Part shown: positions 29,026 to 37,196 of the stretch, piece after piece
Layout: every line of letters begins with the position of its first letter
How positions within the stretch are numbered: position 1 is the stretch's first letter
Assembly (NCBI GenBank): GCA_023383795.1
Contig: JAHDYJ010000002.1
Coordinates: forward strand, 64,740 to 128,739
DNA from: Burkholderiales bacterium
GTDB lineage: Bacteria > Pseudomonadota > Gammaproteobacteria > Burkholderiales > SG8-39
Length of the DNA: 64,000 nt
Direction: 5' to 3'
Position numbers and translations under genes: made by a program
The notes under the pieces: generated by a model
The model's input: the letters and a program-made list of their open reading frames with translations, nothing else
What the model was told of the DNA's origin: nothing
Database searches by the model: none

Positions 29026-30279
29026 TCAGCCGATCCGCGATGCCACGGTGCCGAGGTGCCGCAGCAGCGCCTCCGCGGTGGGGCCGGTCCGCCGCGCCTG
29101 CCGCTCGCGCTCGAGCTCGCGCTCGACGAGGTCGGTGCGCAGATCGAGAAAGGTCACCGGCTCCAGCGCGTCGCGGCCGGCGCGCTCGAACAGCGCCCGC
29201 AGCGACGCGCGCGTGATCGCGCGCCCGCCCAGCCCGGCGATCACCGTGTAGCCCTTGAGCACGATGCCCGAGAGCGACTTGCGCACGCCGTCCGACACGA
29301 TCCCGCCGAGCCCGACCGCGAGCGACTTCTCGAGCACCACGACGCGCTTCGCCCCCTGCAGCACCTCGCGCAGCTGCGCGAGCGGGAACGGACGGAAGGA
29401 CGCGATGCTCGCGCAGCCGATGCGCACGCCCGCGGCGCGCATCTCGTCGACGACGTCCTTGACCGTCCCGTTCAGCGAGCCGAGCGCGACGACGATCGTC
29501 TCCGCGTCCTCGGCGCGGTAGGCGCGGAGCAGGCCGCCCGAATCGCGGCCGAACCGCGCGCGGAACTCGTCGGCGAGCTGCGGGATGAGCTCGAGCGCCC
29601 TGAGCTGCTTGTGATGCGCGAGATAGCGGACCTCCATGAACGCCTCGGGCCCGACCATCGCGCCGATGGTCACCGGCTCGGCCGGATCGAGCGCCTGGCG
29701 CGGCTCGAACGGCGGCAGGAAGGCATCGACCTCCCCCGGCGCGGGCATGTCCACCCGCTCGTAGGCGTGGGTCAGGATGAACCCGTCCATGCACACCATC
29801 ACCGGGCAGGAGAGCTCCTCGGCGAGCCGGAAGGCCTGGATGTGCAGGTCCGCGGCCTCCTGGTTGGTCTCGGCGTAGAGCTGGATCCAGCCGGCGTCGC
29901 GCATGGACATGCTGTCCGAATGGTCGTTCCAGATGTTGATCGGCGCGCCGATCGCGCGATTGCCGACGGTCATCACGATCGGCAGGCCGAGGCCGGCCGC
30001 GTTGTAGACCGCCTCGGCCATGAAGAGCAGCCCCTGGCTGCTGGTGGCGGTGTAGGTGCGCGCCCCCGCCGCCGAGGCGCCGATCGCGACCGACAGCGCG
30101 CCGAACTCGCTCTCGACGTTGATGAACTCGCACGGCGCGAGCGCGCCGGACTTCACCATCTCGCCGAGGCCCTCGACGATGTGCGTCTGCGGCGTGATCG
30201 GATAGGCGCAGATCACCTCTGGACGGCAGAGCGCCACCGCTTCGGCCACCGCCGCCGAACCCTCGATCTGCCTAAGCAT
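29026..30279 (-). CDS. 2-oxoacid:ferredoxin oxidoreductase alpha subunit
   Basis: 417 aa, N-terminus GSAAVAEAV...CAYPITPQT, typical of PorA/KorA/VorA. Confidence 0.85.
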   Translation of the reverse strand: MLRQIEGSAAVAEAVALCRPEVICAYPITPQTHIVEGLGEMVKSGALAPCEFINVESEFGALSVAIGASAAGARTYTATSSQGLLFMAEAVYNAAGLGLPIVMTVGNRAIGAPINIWNDHSDSMSMRDAGWIQLYAETNQEAADLHIQAFRLAEELSCPVMVCMDGFILTHAYERVDMPAPGEVDAFLPPFEPRQALDPAEPVTIGAMVGPEAFMEVRYLAHHKQLRALELIPQLADEFRARFGRDSGGLLRAYRAEDAETIVVALGSLNGTVKDVVDEMRAAGVRIGCASIASFRPFPLAQLREVLQGAKRVVVLEKSLAVGLGGIVSDGVRKSLSGIVLKGYTVIAGLGGRAITRASLRALFERAGRDALEPVTFLDLRTDLVERELERERQARRTGPTAEALLRHLGTVASRIG

Positions 30280-30850
30280 CCGCCGCCTCCTGCGCCCGGC
30301 GCGCGAGCTCGAACGCGGCGCGCGCCGCGGCCACGTTGCCCTCGGCGACCTTGCCGGAGAACTTCTGCCGGATCGCGGTCTCGAGCGACTCGAGCCTCAC
30401 CGCGCCGGTGACGGCGGCGAACCCGCCGAGCAGCGCGGCGTTCGGCACCGGACGGCCGACGTGCTCGAGCGCGAGCTCGGTCGCCGGCACCGCGCACAGC
30501 CGGTAGGGATGGAAGTCGCGCGCGAACTCGCCGAGGCCGAGCTCCGCGAAGCTGCGCGTGGAGTTGATCAGGATGTAGCCGTTCGCGTGCAGGCCGTTGA
30601 AGACATCGACCTGGTGGAGGAGCGTCGGGTCCTGCACGACGAGCGCATCGGGCTCGATCACCGGCTCGCGCAGGCGGATCTCGCGCCCGTCGATGCGGCA
30701 GAACGCCATGACCGGCGCGCCCATGCGCTCCGACCCGAAGCTCGGGAACGCCTGCGCGTGGCGGCCCTCGAGGAACGCCGCGATCGACAGCATCTCGGCG
30801 CCGGAGACGACGCCTTGACCGCCGCGGCCGTGCAGCCTCACCTGAAACAT
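30272..30850 (-). CDS. 2-oxoacid:ferredoxin oxidoreductase gamma subunit
   Basis: 192 aa, GRGGQG motif near the N-terminus, GAGGAGG upstream. Confidence 0.85.
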   Translation of the reverse strand: MFQVRLHGRGGQGVVSGAEMLSIAAFLEGRHAQAFPSFGSERMGAPVMAFCRIDGREIRLREPVIEPDALVVQDPTLLHQVDVFNGLHANGYILINSTRSFAELGLGEFARDFHPYRLCAVPATELALEHVGRPVPNAALLGGFAAVTGAVRLESLETAIRQKFSGKVAEGNVAAARAAFELARRAQEAADA

Positions 30851-30924
30851 CTGCCTCCTCGACTTCCCCGGAAACGATCGGCGAAGTCCTAGGCTGATGC
30901 TCCAATGCGGGCGACCAGGGCCCT

Positions 30925-30938
30925 TTGACGCAGATCAA
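30925..30938. promoter_or_regulatory. FNR/CRP-family binding box TTGACGCAGATCAA upstream of the oxidoreductase operon
   Basis: One mismatch to TTGAT-N4-ATCAA. Centred about 81 nt upstream of the gamma-subunit ATG. A weak -10 (GAGCAT) lies at the spacing expected for a class II site. Confidence 0.45.
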
Positions 30939-30974
30939 CCGGCGCGTCCATCCGGGCGCGCCTCAGCGTGGCGC

Positions 30975-32489
30975 TCAGGCCGGCACGACCGGGATCTTGC
31001 CGATCCGCGCGCGCCACTCCTGCGGGCCGGACCGGTGCACCGCGTTGCCGGCCGGGTCCACGGCCACGGTGACCGGCATGTCCTTCACCTCGAACTCGTA
31101 GATCGCCTCCATGCCGAGGTCGGCGAACGCGACCACTTTCGAGCCGCGGATCGCCTTGGAGACGAGGTACGCGGCGCCGCCGACGGCGATGCAGTAGACG
31201 CCCTGGTGCCGCTTGATCGCTTCGATCGCAGCCGTTCCGCGCTCGGACTTGCCGACCATGCCGAGCAGGCCGAGCTGCGAGAGCATCGGCTCGACGTAGC
31301 GGTCCATGCGCGAGGACGTCGTGGGGCCCGCGGGGCCGACCACCTCGTCGCGGACCGGATTGACCGGGCCGACGTAGTAGATGAAGCGGTTGCGCAGGTC
31401 GACCGGCAGCTTCTCGCCCTTCGCCATCATGTCGGCAAGCCGCTTGTGCGCGGCGTCGCGCCCGGTCAGCAGCTTGCCGCAGAGGAGCAGCCGCTCGCCG
31501 GCCTTCCAGCCCGCGACCTCTTCGCGCGTGAGCGTGTCGAGGTTCACGCGCCGGCTCGACGAGAAATCGAGCGCGAGCTTCGGCCAGTCGTCGAGGCTCG
31601 GCGGCTCGAGCCGCGCCGGCCCGCTGCCGTCGAGCACGAAATGGACGTGCCGGGTCGCGGCGCAGTTCGGCAGCAGCGCGACGGGCTTCGAGGTCGCGTG
31701 CGTGGGATAGTCGACCACCTTCACGTCGAGCACCGTCGTGAGCCCGCCGAGGCCGGCCGCGCCGATGCCGAGCGCGTTCACCTTCTCGTGGAGCTCGAGG
31801 CGCAACTCCTCGGCACGGCTGCGCGGGCCGCGGGCTCGCAACTGATGGATGTCGATCGGCTCCATCATCGCCCACTTCGCCATTAGCATCGCCTTCTCGG
31901 GGGTGCCGCCGATGCCGATCGAGAGCGTCCCGGGCGGACACCAGTCCGCGCCCATCGTCGGCACCTGCGCCATCACCCAGTCCACCACGCTGTCGTTCGG
32001 CAGCAGCATCGCGAACTTCGACTTGTTCTCCGAGCCGCCGCCCTTGGCCGCGACGATGACCTCGACCGTGTCGCCCGGCACGAGCTCGACGTGCGTCACG
32101 CCCGGCGAGTTGTCGCCGGTGTTCCTGCGCTTGCCGTCGGGATCGTCGATGATCGAGTTGCGCAGCACGTTCTCCGGGTTGGTGTACGCGCGCCGCGTGC
32201 CCTCGTTCACCATCTCCTCCACGCTCATCGTCGCGTCCCAGCGGGCCTTCATCCCCACCCGCAGGAACGCGATCGCCGTACCGGTGTCCTGGCAGACCGG
32301 GCGATGCCCCTCCGCCGCCATGCGCGAGTTGATCAGCACCTGCGCGATGGCGTCCTTCGCGGCCGGCGAAGCCTCGTGCTCGTACGCCTCGGCCAGGCCG
32401 CGGATGAAGTCGACCGGGTGGTAGTAGGAGATGTACTGCAGCGCATCGGCGATGCTCTGGATGAAGTCTTCCTGCTTGATGGCGGCCAT
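30975..32489 (-). CDS. fumA: Class I (Fe-S dependent) fumarate hydratase
   Basis: 504 aa starting MAAIKQEDF, with GAAGGAACCTCCC upstream. Carries class I fumarase motifs (CQDTGTA, AAKGGGSENKS). Confidence 0.9.
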   Translation of the reverse strand: MAAIKQEDFIQSIADALQYISYYHPVDFIRGLAEAYEHEASPAAKDAIAQVLINSRMAAEGHRPVCQDTGTAIAFLRVGMKARWDATMSVEEMVNEGTRRAYTNPENVLRNSIIDDPDGKRRNTGDNSPGVTHVELVPGDTVEVIVAAKGGGSENKSKFAMLLPNDSVVDWVMAQVPTMGADWCPPGTLSIGIGGTPEKAMLMAKWAMMEPIDIHQLRARGPRSRAEELRLELHEKVNALGIGAAGLGGLTTVLDVKVVDYPTHATSKPVALLPNCAATRHVHFVLDGSGPARLEPPSLDDWPKLALDFSSSRRVNLDTLTREEVAGWKAGERLLLCGKLLTGRDAAHKRLADMMAKGEKLPVDLRNRFIYYVGPVNPVRDEVVGPAGPTTSSRMDRYVEPMLSQLGLLGMVGKSERGTAAIEAIKRHQGVYCIAVGGAAYLVSKAIRGSKVVAFADLGMEAIYEFEVKDMPVTVAVDPAGNAVHRSGPQEWRARIGKIPVVPA

Positions 32490-32597
32490 GGGAGGTTCCT
32501 TCGGTGCGAATCGGGCGCCGACGCCGCGCGCGGCGGTCGGCAACAGCGTCATTTTCGCCCGAATCGGCGCCGGCGCGCAGCGCGCCGCACAGCGCAC

Positions 32598-33338
32598 TTA
32601 CGTGCGTGTGCCGGTGTGGATCGCGGCGATGCCGAACGACAGGTTGCGGTACCTCACGTCCGCGAATCCCGCCCGCTCGAGCAGGGCCTTGAACTGCTCC
32701 TGGTCCGGGAAGCGCCGGATCGACTCGAGCAGGTAGGCATAGGCCTCCGGATTGCGCGCCACCCAGGCGCCGAGCCGCGGAATCACGGTGAACGAGAACA
32801 GGTTGTAGAAGGGCCGGACCGGCGCCCACGCCTCGGAGAATTCGAGACAGTGGAAACGCCCGCCGGGCCGCAGCACGCGCAGGATCTCGGCGAGCGTGGC
32901 CTCGAGGCTCGTCACGTTCCGGATCCCGAACGAGATCGTGACCGCGTCCGCCGCGGCGGATGCCACCGGGATGCGCTCGCCCTGCCCGGCGAGCCAGCGC
33001 ACGCCGGTAATCCCGCGCCGGCGGCCGTGCGTCATCATCGGCAGGCTGGGATCGCACACCACCACCTCGCGCCGCCCGTCGGCCATCAGCGCCGCGATGT
33101 CGCCGGTGCCGCCGGCGAGATCGACGACCACCCGCGGGTCGTCCGCCAGCGCGATGCGCGCGAAACGGCGCTTCCAGAGCCGGTGGATGCCCAGGCTCAT
33201 CAGGTCGTTCATCAGGTCGTAGCGCGGGGCGACCGCGTCGAACACGCGGCGAATGCGCAGCTCGCGCTCGTCCGGGCCGACGCGCGCGTAGCCGAAGGTG
33301 CCGGAGAGGTCGGTGGTGCGGTCCGCGCGCTTGGCCAT
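32598..33338 (-). CDS. ubiE: Demethylmenaquinone/ubiquinone C-methyltransferase
   Basis: YDLMNDLMSLGIHRLWK and DLAGGTGD SAM motif, FGIRNVT. Confidence 0.9.
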   Translation of the reverse strand: MAKRADRTTDLSGTFGYARVGPDERELRIRRVFDAVAPRYDLMNDLMSLGIHRLWKRRFARIALADDPRVVVDLAGGTGDIAALMADGRREVVVCDPSLPMMTHGRRRGITGVRWLAGQGERIPVASAAADAVTISFGIRNVTSLEATLAEILRVLRPGGRFHCLEFSEAWAPVRPFYNLFSFTVIPRLGAWVARNPEAYAYLLESIRRFPDQEQFKALLERAGFADVRYRNLSFGIAAIHTGTRT

Positions 33339-33355
33339 GCCGCCGCCCGCGCGGG

Positions 33356-34348
33356 TCAGAGCAGGAAAGCGACCGCCAGCAGGCAGCTGAACGCGAACTG
33401 GAGCTGGGCGGTGTCGGCCAGGATGCGGTTGAACTGCGGGCCAGGCCGCTCGCGCGCGAAGCGCACCGCGATCCAGGCCGCGATCGGCGCCGACGTCGCC
33501 GGGAGCAGCAGGCCCCAGCGCGCGGTGGTCGACACCGCGAGCAGCGGCAGCAGCGCATAGGGAACCGCGAGCAGCAGCGCGAACTCCACCTTGCTCCACT
33601 TGCGGCCGATGCGCACGGCGAGCGTGCGCTTGCCGACCGAGCGGTCCCCCTCGAGGTCGCGGTAGTTGTTGACGACGATCACCGCGGCCGCGAGCAGCCC
33701 GACCATCGTCGCGGCGACCGCGGCGCCCCGGCCGATCGCGCCGGTCTGGAGATAGTAGGTCCCGAGCACGGCGCCGAGACCGAAGAACGCGAAGACGAAG
33801 AGCTCGCCGCTCGCGCTGTACGCGATCGGCCGCGGGCCGCCGGTGTACGCGTAGCCCGCGGCGATCGACGCGATTCCGAGCGCCAGGATGGGCCAGCCGC
33901 CGTACAGCACGAGCCACGCCCCGACCAGCGCGGCCGCGCCGAACACCAGCGCGACCGCGACGCGGACCTCGCCCGGCGTGAGCCATCCGGAGCTGACCGC
34001 GCGCGGCGGCCCGAGCCGCTCGGCGCGATCGGCGCCGCGCTCGAAGTCGCCGACGTCGTTGTACAGGTTGGTCCCGATCTGGATCAGCAGCGCGCCGACC
34101 GCCGCCAGCACGAACGGCGTCCAGAGCAGGTGGCCGAGCTCGCGCCACGCGAGCGCCGCGCCGACCAGCACCGGCACGAGCGAGATCGTCAGGGTGGCAG
34201 GCCGGATCGCGAGCCACCAGATGCGCCAGCGCGGGACGTCCGCCGCGGCGGTCTCGACCGGCTTCACGCGGCGGCGTTCGTGCCGCCGCGCCGCGGATCG
34301 ATGTCGGATGGACGCGTCATGGGCCGGGAAGTGTAGCACCGGCCCCAT
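33356..34348 (-). CDS. menA: 1,4-dihydroxy-2-naphthoate polyprenyltransferase (MenA, UbiA superfamily)
   Basis: NLYNDVGDFERG and NNYRDLEGD aspartate-rich motifs, about 9 TM segments. The start is uncertain: ATG 34348 or GTG 34267. Confidence 0.8.
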   Translation of the reverse strand: MGPVLHFPAHDASIRHRSAARRHERRRVKPVETAAADVPRWRIWWLAIRPATLTISLVPVLVGAALAWRELGHLLWTPFVLAAVGALLIQIGTNLYNDVGDFERGADRAERLGPPRAVSSGWLTPGEVRVAVALVFGAAALVGAWLVLYGGWPILALGIASIAAGYAYTGGPRPIAYSASGELFVFAFFGLGAVLGTYYLQTGAIGRGAAVAATMVGLLAAAVIVVNNYRDLEGDRSVGKRTLAVRIGRKWSKVEFALLLAVPYALLPLLAVSTTARWGLLLPATSAPIAAWIAVRFARERPGPQFNRILADTAQLQFAFSCLLAVAFLL

Positions 34349-34387
34349 GAGCGCCGCGACCGCGCCAAGGCAGGATCGGGCTCCCGC

Positions 34388-34918
34388 TCACCCGCCCGCG
34401 CGGATCACCCCGCATGCGATGCGCGGACCGGAGTTACCCGCCGGCTGGCTCTTGTAGTCGTCCGGGTCGCGGTGGACGACGACGCCCCGCCCGACGACGC
34501 TCGCCGGCCCGGCCGCAACGGTCAGCAGCGTGGTCGCGGCCGTGTACCGGGCGCGTCCCTCCTCGTCTGCGACGAGGTTGGGCAGGTCGCCGCCGTGGCG
34601 CTCGGGGCTCGCATGGTGGCCGTGCGGCTTTCCGCCCGGGTTGAAATGCCCGCCGGCGCTGGTCGCGTCGGGCGCGCTGCAATCGCCCTTTTCGTGGACG
34701 TGGAAGCCGTGCTGGCTGCCGGGCTTGAGTCCGGTGATCTCCGCGGTGACGACGACGCGGTCGCCGCGCTGCTCGAAGGTCACCGTGCCTGCCACCGCGT
34801 TGCCCTGGGTCGGCGCGAGCACGGCGCTCGCGCGCGCGTCCGCGGCGCCGGCCGGCGCCGCCGCGGCGCCCGCCGCGAGCATCGCGGCCGTGACGAGGAT
34901 CCGATTCGGTCGTTGCAT
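34388..34918 (-). CDS. sodC: Periplasmic Cu/Zn superoxide dismutase
   Basis: Signal peptide, then GFHVHEKGDC, GGHFNP and GDLPN motifs. GGAGG sits upstream of the ATG at 34918. Confidence 0.9.
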   Translation of the reverse strand: MQRPNRILVTAAMLAAGAAAAPAGAADARASAVLAPTQGNAVAGTVTFEQRGDRVVVTAEITGLKPGSQHGFHVHEKGDCSAPDATSAGGHFNPGGKPHGHHASPERHGGDLPNLVADEEGRARYTAATTLLTVAAGPASVVGRGVVVHRDPDDYKSQPAGNSGPRIACGVIRAGG

Positions 34919-34993
34919 GGTCTCGCCTCCAAAAAAAAGCCGCCCGCGCGGTGGGCGGGCGGCAACCTCGATCGCCAAGCGGGCGGCGCGGAG

Positions 34994-35209
34994 CTACTTG
35001 CCGTGCGTCTTCTTGTAGTTCTCGACCGCGCGGTCCATCGCCTTGCCCAGCAGCTCGGCCTGCGCCTTCGCCGCCGCGGCCGCCTTCCCCTTGGCCTCCT
35101 CCGCCTTCGCCTTCTGCTCCTCGGTCGGCGGCGGCAGCTTCGCGCTCGCGACGCCGACGCCGACGGCCAGCGTCACCGCGACCGCCAGCACTGCTTCCCA
35201 CTTCTTCAT
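34994..35209 (-). CDS. Small exported Lys/Ala/Glu-rich protein, last gene of the formate dehydrogenase string
   Basis: 71 aa with a signal peptide (MKKWEAVLAVAVTLAVGVGVASA). GAGGAGGGGGAG sits upstream, 15 nt after the cytochrome b gene. Confidence 0.55.
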   Translation of the reverse strand: MKKWEAVLAVAVTLAVGVGVASAKLPPPTEEQKAKAEEAKGKAAAAAKAQAELLGKAMDRAVENYKKTHGK

Positions 35210-35223
35210 GATGCTCCCCCTCC

Positions 35224-36279
35224 TCAGCTCGTCTGCGTGCGCGCGGGGGCGGACCCGGCGCCGCCGGCCGCCTCGCCCGGCTCGGCGAACTTCTGCCGCG
35301 CCTTGCCGGCCTTCACGTCCTCGTACCAGCGCTCGTGATGGTGCTCGGCCCACGCCTCGGTGACGTAGCCGTCGCGCATCGCGCGGTAGGCGCCCTTCAC
35401 CCCGATCGTGCCGAGGTAGATGTGCACGGCGGCGAGCGCGATCGCGAGGTACGACGCGATCATGTGGATCAGGTTCGCGTTCTGCATCGTCGCGCGCGTC
35501 TGGCCGAAGTTCGGGAAGTTCAGGATCAGCCCGGTGACGACCAGGATCGTCGTCAGGATCACCAGCACCACCCAGAACACCAGCTTCTCGCCGGCGTTGA
35601 ACCGGTGCGACGGGTACTCGTGGCCGCGGAAGTAGCCGAAGATGTTCATGAACCACTTGAAATCCTCGGCCCCGATGCCGTTGTCGCGGATGTACTGGAT
35701 GAACATCCACGGCACGGCGACGATCAGGATCGGCCCGGCGAAGTTGTGCAGGTTCTTCGACAGGACCGCGAGCCACGAGAACAGCGTGTAGCCGATCACT
35801 GGCAGCAGCACGTCCTTGCCGAGCGACATGATGAGCCCGGTGATCGCGAGCACCACCCAGGTGATCGCCATCAGCCAGTGCGCGTAGCGGTCGGCGGTCG
35901 AGAAGCGCCGGATCATGCGACCGCCGCCCGACGCCGTCCCGTCCAACGGCCCGCGGATCAGGTAGAAGAGCGCGAGCCCCGCCAGCGACACCGCGACCAG
36001 GACGCCGCCCCAGAACGCGATCGGCACCCGGGCTTCGCGGTAGGTCTGGCCGCGGGATTCGACCAGCACACCGGTCTCCACGCCTTGCACGGTCGTGTAC
36101 CCCGGCTGCCCGGACCTTATCTCGCGCCAGACCGGCGCGTTGTTGCCGGGCTGGGTCTGCTGCCGCTCGACCTGCGCCGCCGCATCGGACGCCGGCGGCT
36201 GCTGCGCCTGGGCCGGCCAGGCGCCCAGCGCGACCGCCGCGGCGAGGCCGAAGGCCACCGCCAAGTGTTGGACTCTCAC
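35224..36279 (-). CDS. fdhC: Formate dehydrogenase cytochrome b (gamma) subunit with signal peptide and N-terminal periplasmic extension
   Basis: GTG start. Signal peptide ...AWPAQA, about 90 extra residues, then four TM helices with a FdnI/FdoI-like His pattern (RYAHW, NLHNF, AVHIY). Confidence 0.8.
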   Translation of the reverse strand: MRVQHLAVAFGLAAAVALGAWPAQAQQPPASDAAAQVERQQTQPGNNAPVWREIRSGQPGYTTVQGVETGVLVESRGQTYREARVPIAFWGGVLVAVSLAGLALFYLIRGPLDGTASGGGRMIRRFSTADRYAHWLMAITWVVLAITGLIMSLGKDVLLPVIGYTLFSWLAVLSKNLHNFAGPILIVAVPWMFIQYIRDNGIGAEDFKWFMNIFGYFRGHEYPSHRFNAGEKLVFWVVLVILTTILVVTGLILNFPNFGQTRATMQNANLIHMIASYLAIALAAVHIYLGTIGVKGAYRAMRDGYVTEAWAEHHHERWYEDVKAGKARQKFAEPGEAAGGAGSAPARTQTS

Positions 36280-36283
36280 GGTT

Positions 36284-36547
36284 CTACCCCCCGTCGCCGA
36301 TGCGGACGTACTCGTTCTGGCCCTGGGCACGCTTGCGCAGCGCGGTCTCCCACGAATCGCGGTCGCCCTTGGTCCACTGCGAGCTGCTCCACTCGGGCGG
36401 CGCGTTGGTCCACGGCTGCGTGTCCGGCTTGCCCTGGTACTTGCCCTGCTTGTAGACGGTGACCTGCTGGTTCTCGCCGCACCCGGCCAGGCCGAGCGCG
36501 GCGATGCCTGCAAGCGCCGCCGCTGCTGCGAGGCGCGCGAGTCTCAT
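36284..36547 (-). CDS. Small lipoprotein encoded between the FDH beta and gamma genes
   Basis: 87 aa with lipobox LGLAGC. Its ATG overlaps the fdhB TGA (ATGA) and its stop lies 5 nt before the fdhC start. Confidence 0.6.
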   Translation of the reverse strand: MRLARLAAAAALAGIAALGLAGCGENQQVTVYKQGKYQGKPDTQPWTNAPPEWSSSQWTKGDRDSWETALRKRAQGQNEYVRIGDGG

Positions 36548-37170
36548 GTCTTCCCTCCCGGTTGCGGCTGCTGACCGCCGCCGCCCGGGCGGCCGTAGGC
36601 GGTGCCCCAGCCCCACACCTCCGAGCCCTTGCCGCGCTTCAGCACGCGCGCCCGGTAGATGTCGGCGATGACGTCGCCGTCGCCGCCGAGCAGCGCCTTG
36701 GTCGAGCACATCTCGGCGCAGGCCGGCAGCTTGCCCTGGGCCAGGCGGTTCGAGCCGTACTTCTTGAACTCTTCGGCCGTGTTGTCCTTCTCCGGCCCGC
36801 CCGCGCAGAACGTGCACTTGTCCATCTTGCCGCGCAGCCCGAAGGCGCCGGCCTGCGGGAACTGCGGCGCGCCGAACGGGCACGCGTAGAAGCAGTAGCC
36901 GCAGCCGATGCAGAGGTCCTTGTCGTGCAGGACCACGCCGTCCTCGGTCTTGTAGAAGCAGTCGACCGGGCACACCGCCATGCACGGCGCGTCCGAGCAG
37001 TGCATGCATGCGACCGAGATCGACCGCTCGCCGGGCAGGCCGTCGTTGAGCGTGACCACGCGCCGGCGGTTGACGCCCCACGGCACCTCGTTCTCGTTCT
37101 TGCAGGCGGTGACGCACCCGTTGCACTCGATGCAACGCTCGGCGTCGCAGAGGAACTTCATTCTCGCCAT
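36544..37170 (-). CDS. fdhB: Formate dehydrogenase iron-sulfur (beta) subunit, no C-terminal membrane anchor
   Basis: 208 aa with four Cys clusters (CIECNGCVTAC, CMHCSDAPC, CIGCGYCFYACP, CTFC...C). The tail is Gly/Pro/Gln-rich and not hydrophobic. Confidence 0.9.
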   Translation of the reverse strand: MARMKFLCDAERCIECNGCVTACKNENEVPWGVNRRRVVTLNDGLPGERSISVACMHCSDAPCMAVCPVDCFYKTEDGVVLHDKDLCIGCGYCFYACPFGAPQFPQAGAFGLRGKMDKCTFCAGGPEKDNTAEEFKKYGSNRLAQGKLPACAEMCSTKALLGGDGDVIADIYRARVLKRGKGSEVWGWGTAYGRPGGGGQQPQPGGKT

Positions 37171-37196
37171 GATCAGTCTCCTTGTGCGTCAGCCCG

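Noticed and set aside
32490-32597. Direct repeat CGAATCGG(G)CGCC (twice) and an imperfect GC hairpin (32517-32541) between ubiE and fumA as a regulatory element or REP
   Set aside because: The repeats are short, GC-rich and imperfect, with no further copies noticed in the window. This is most simply a weak intergenic hairpin or terminator and cannot be supported further without genome-wide counts.
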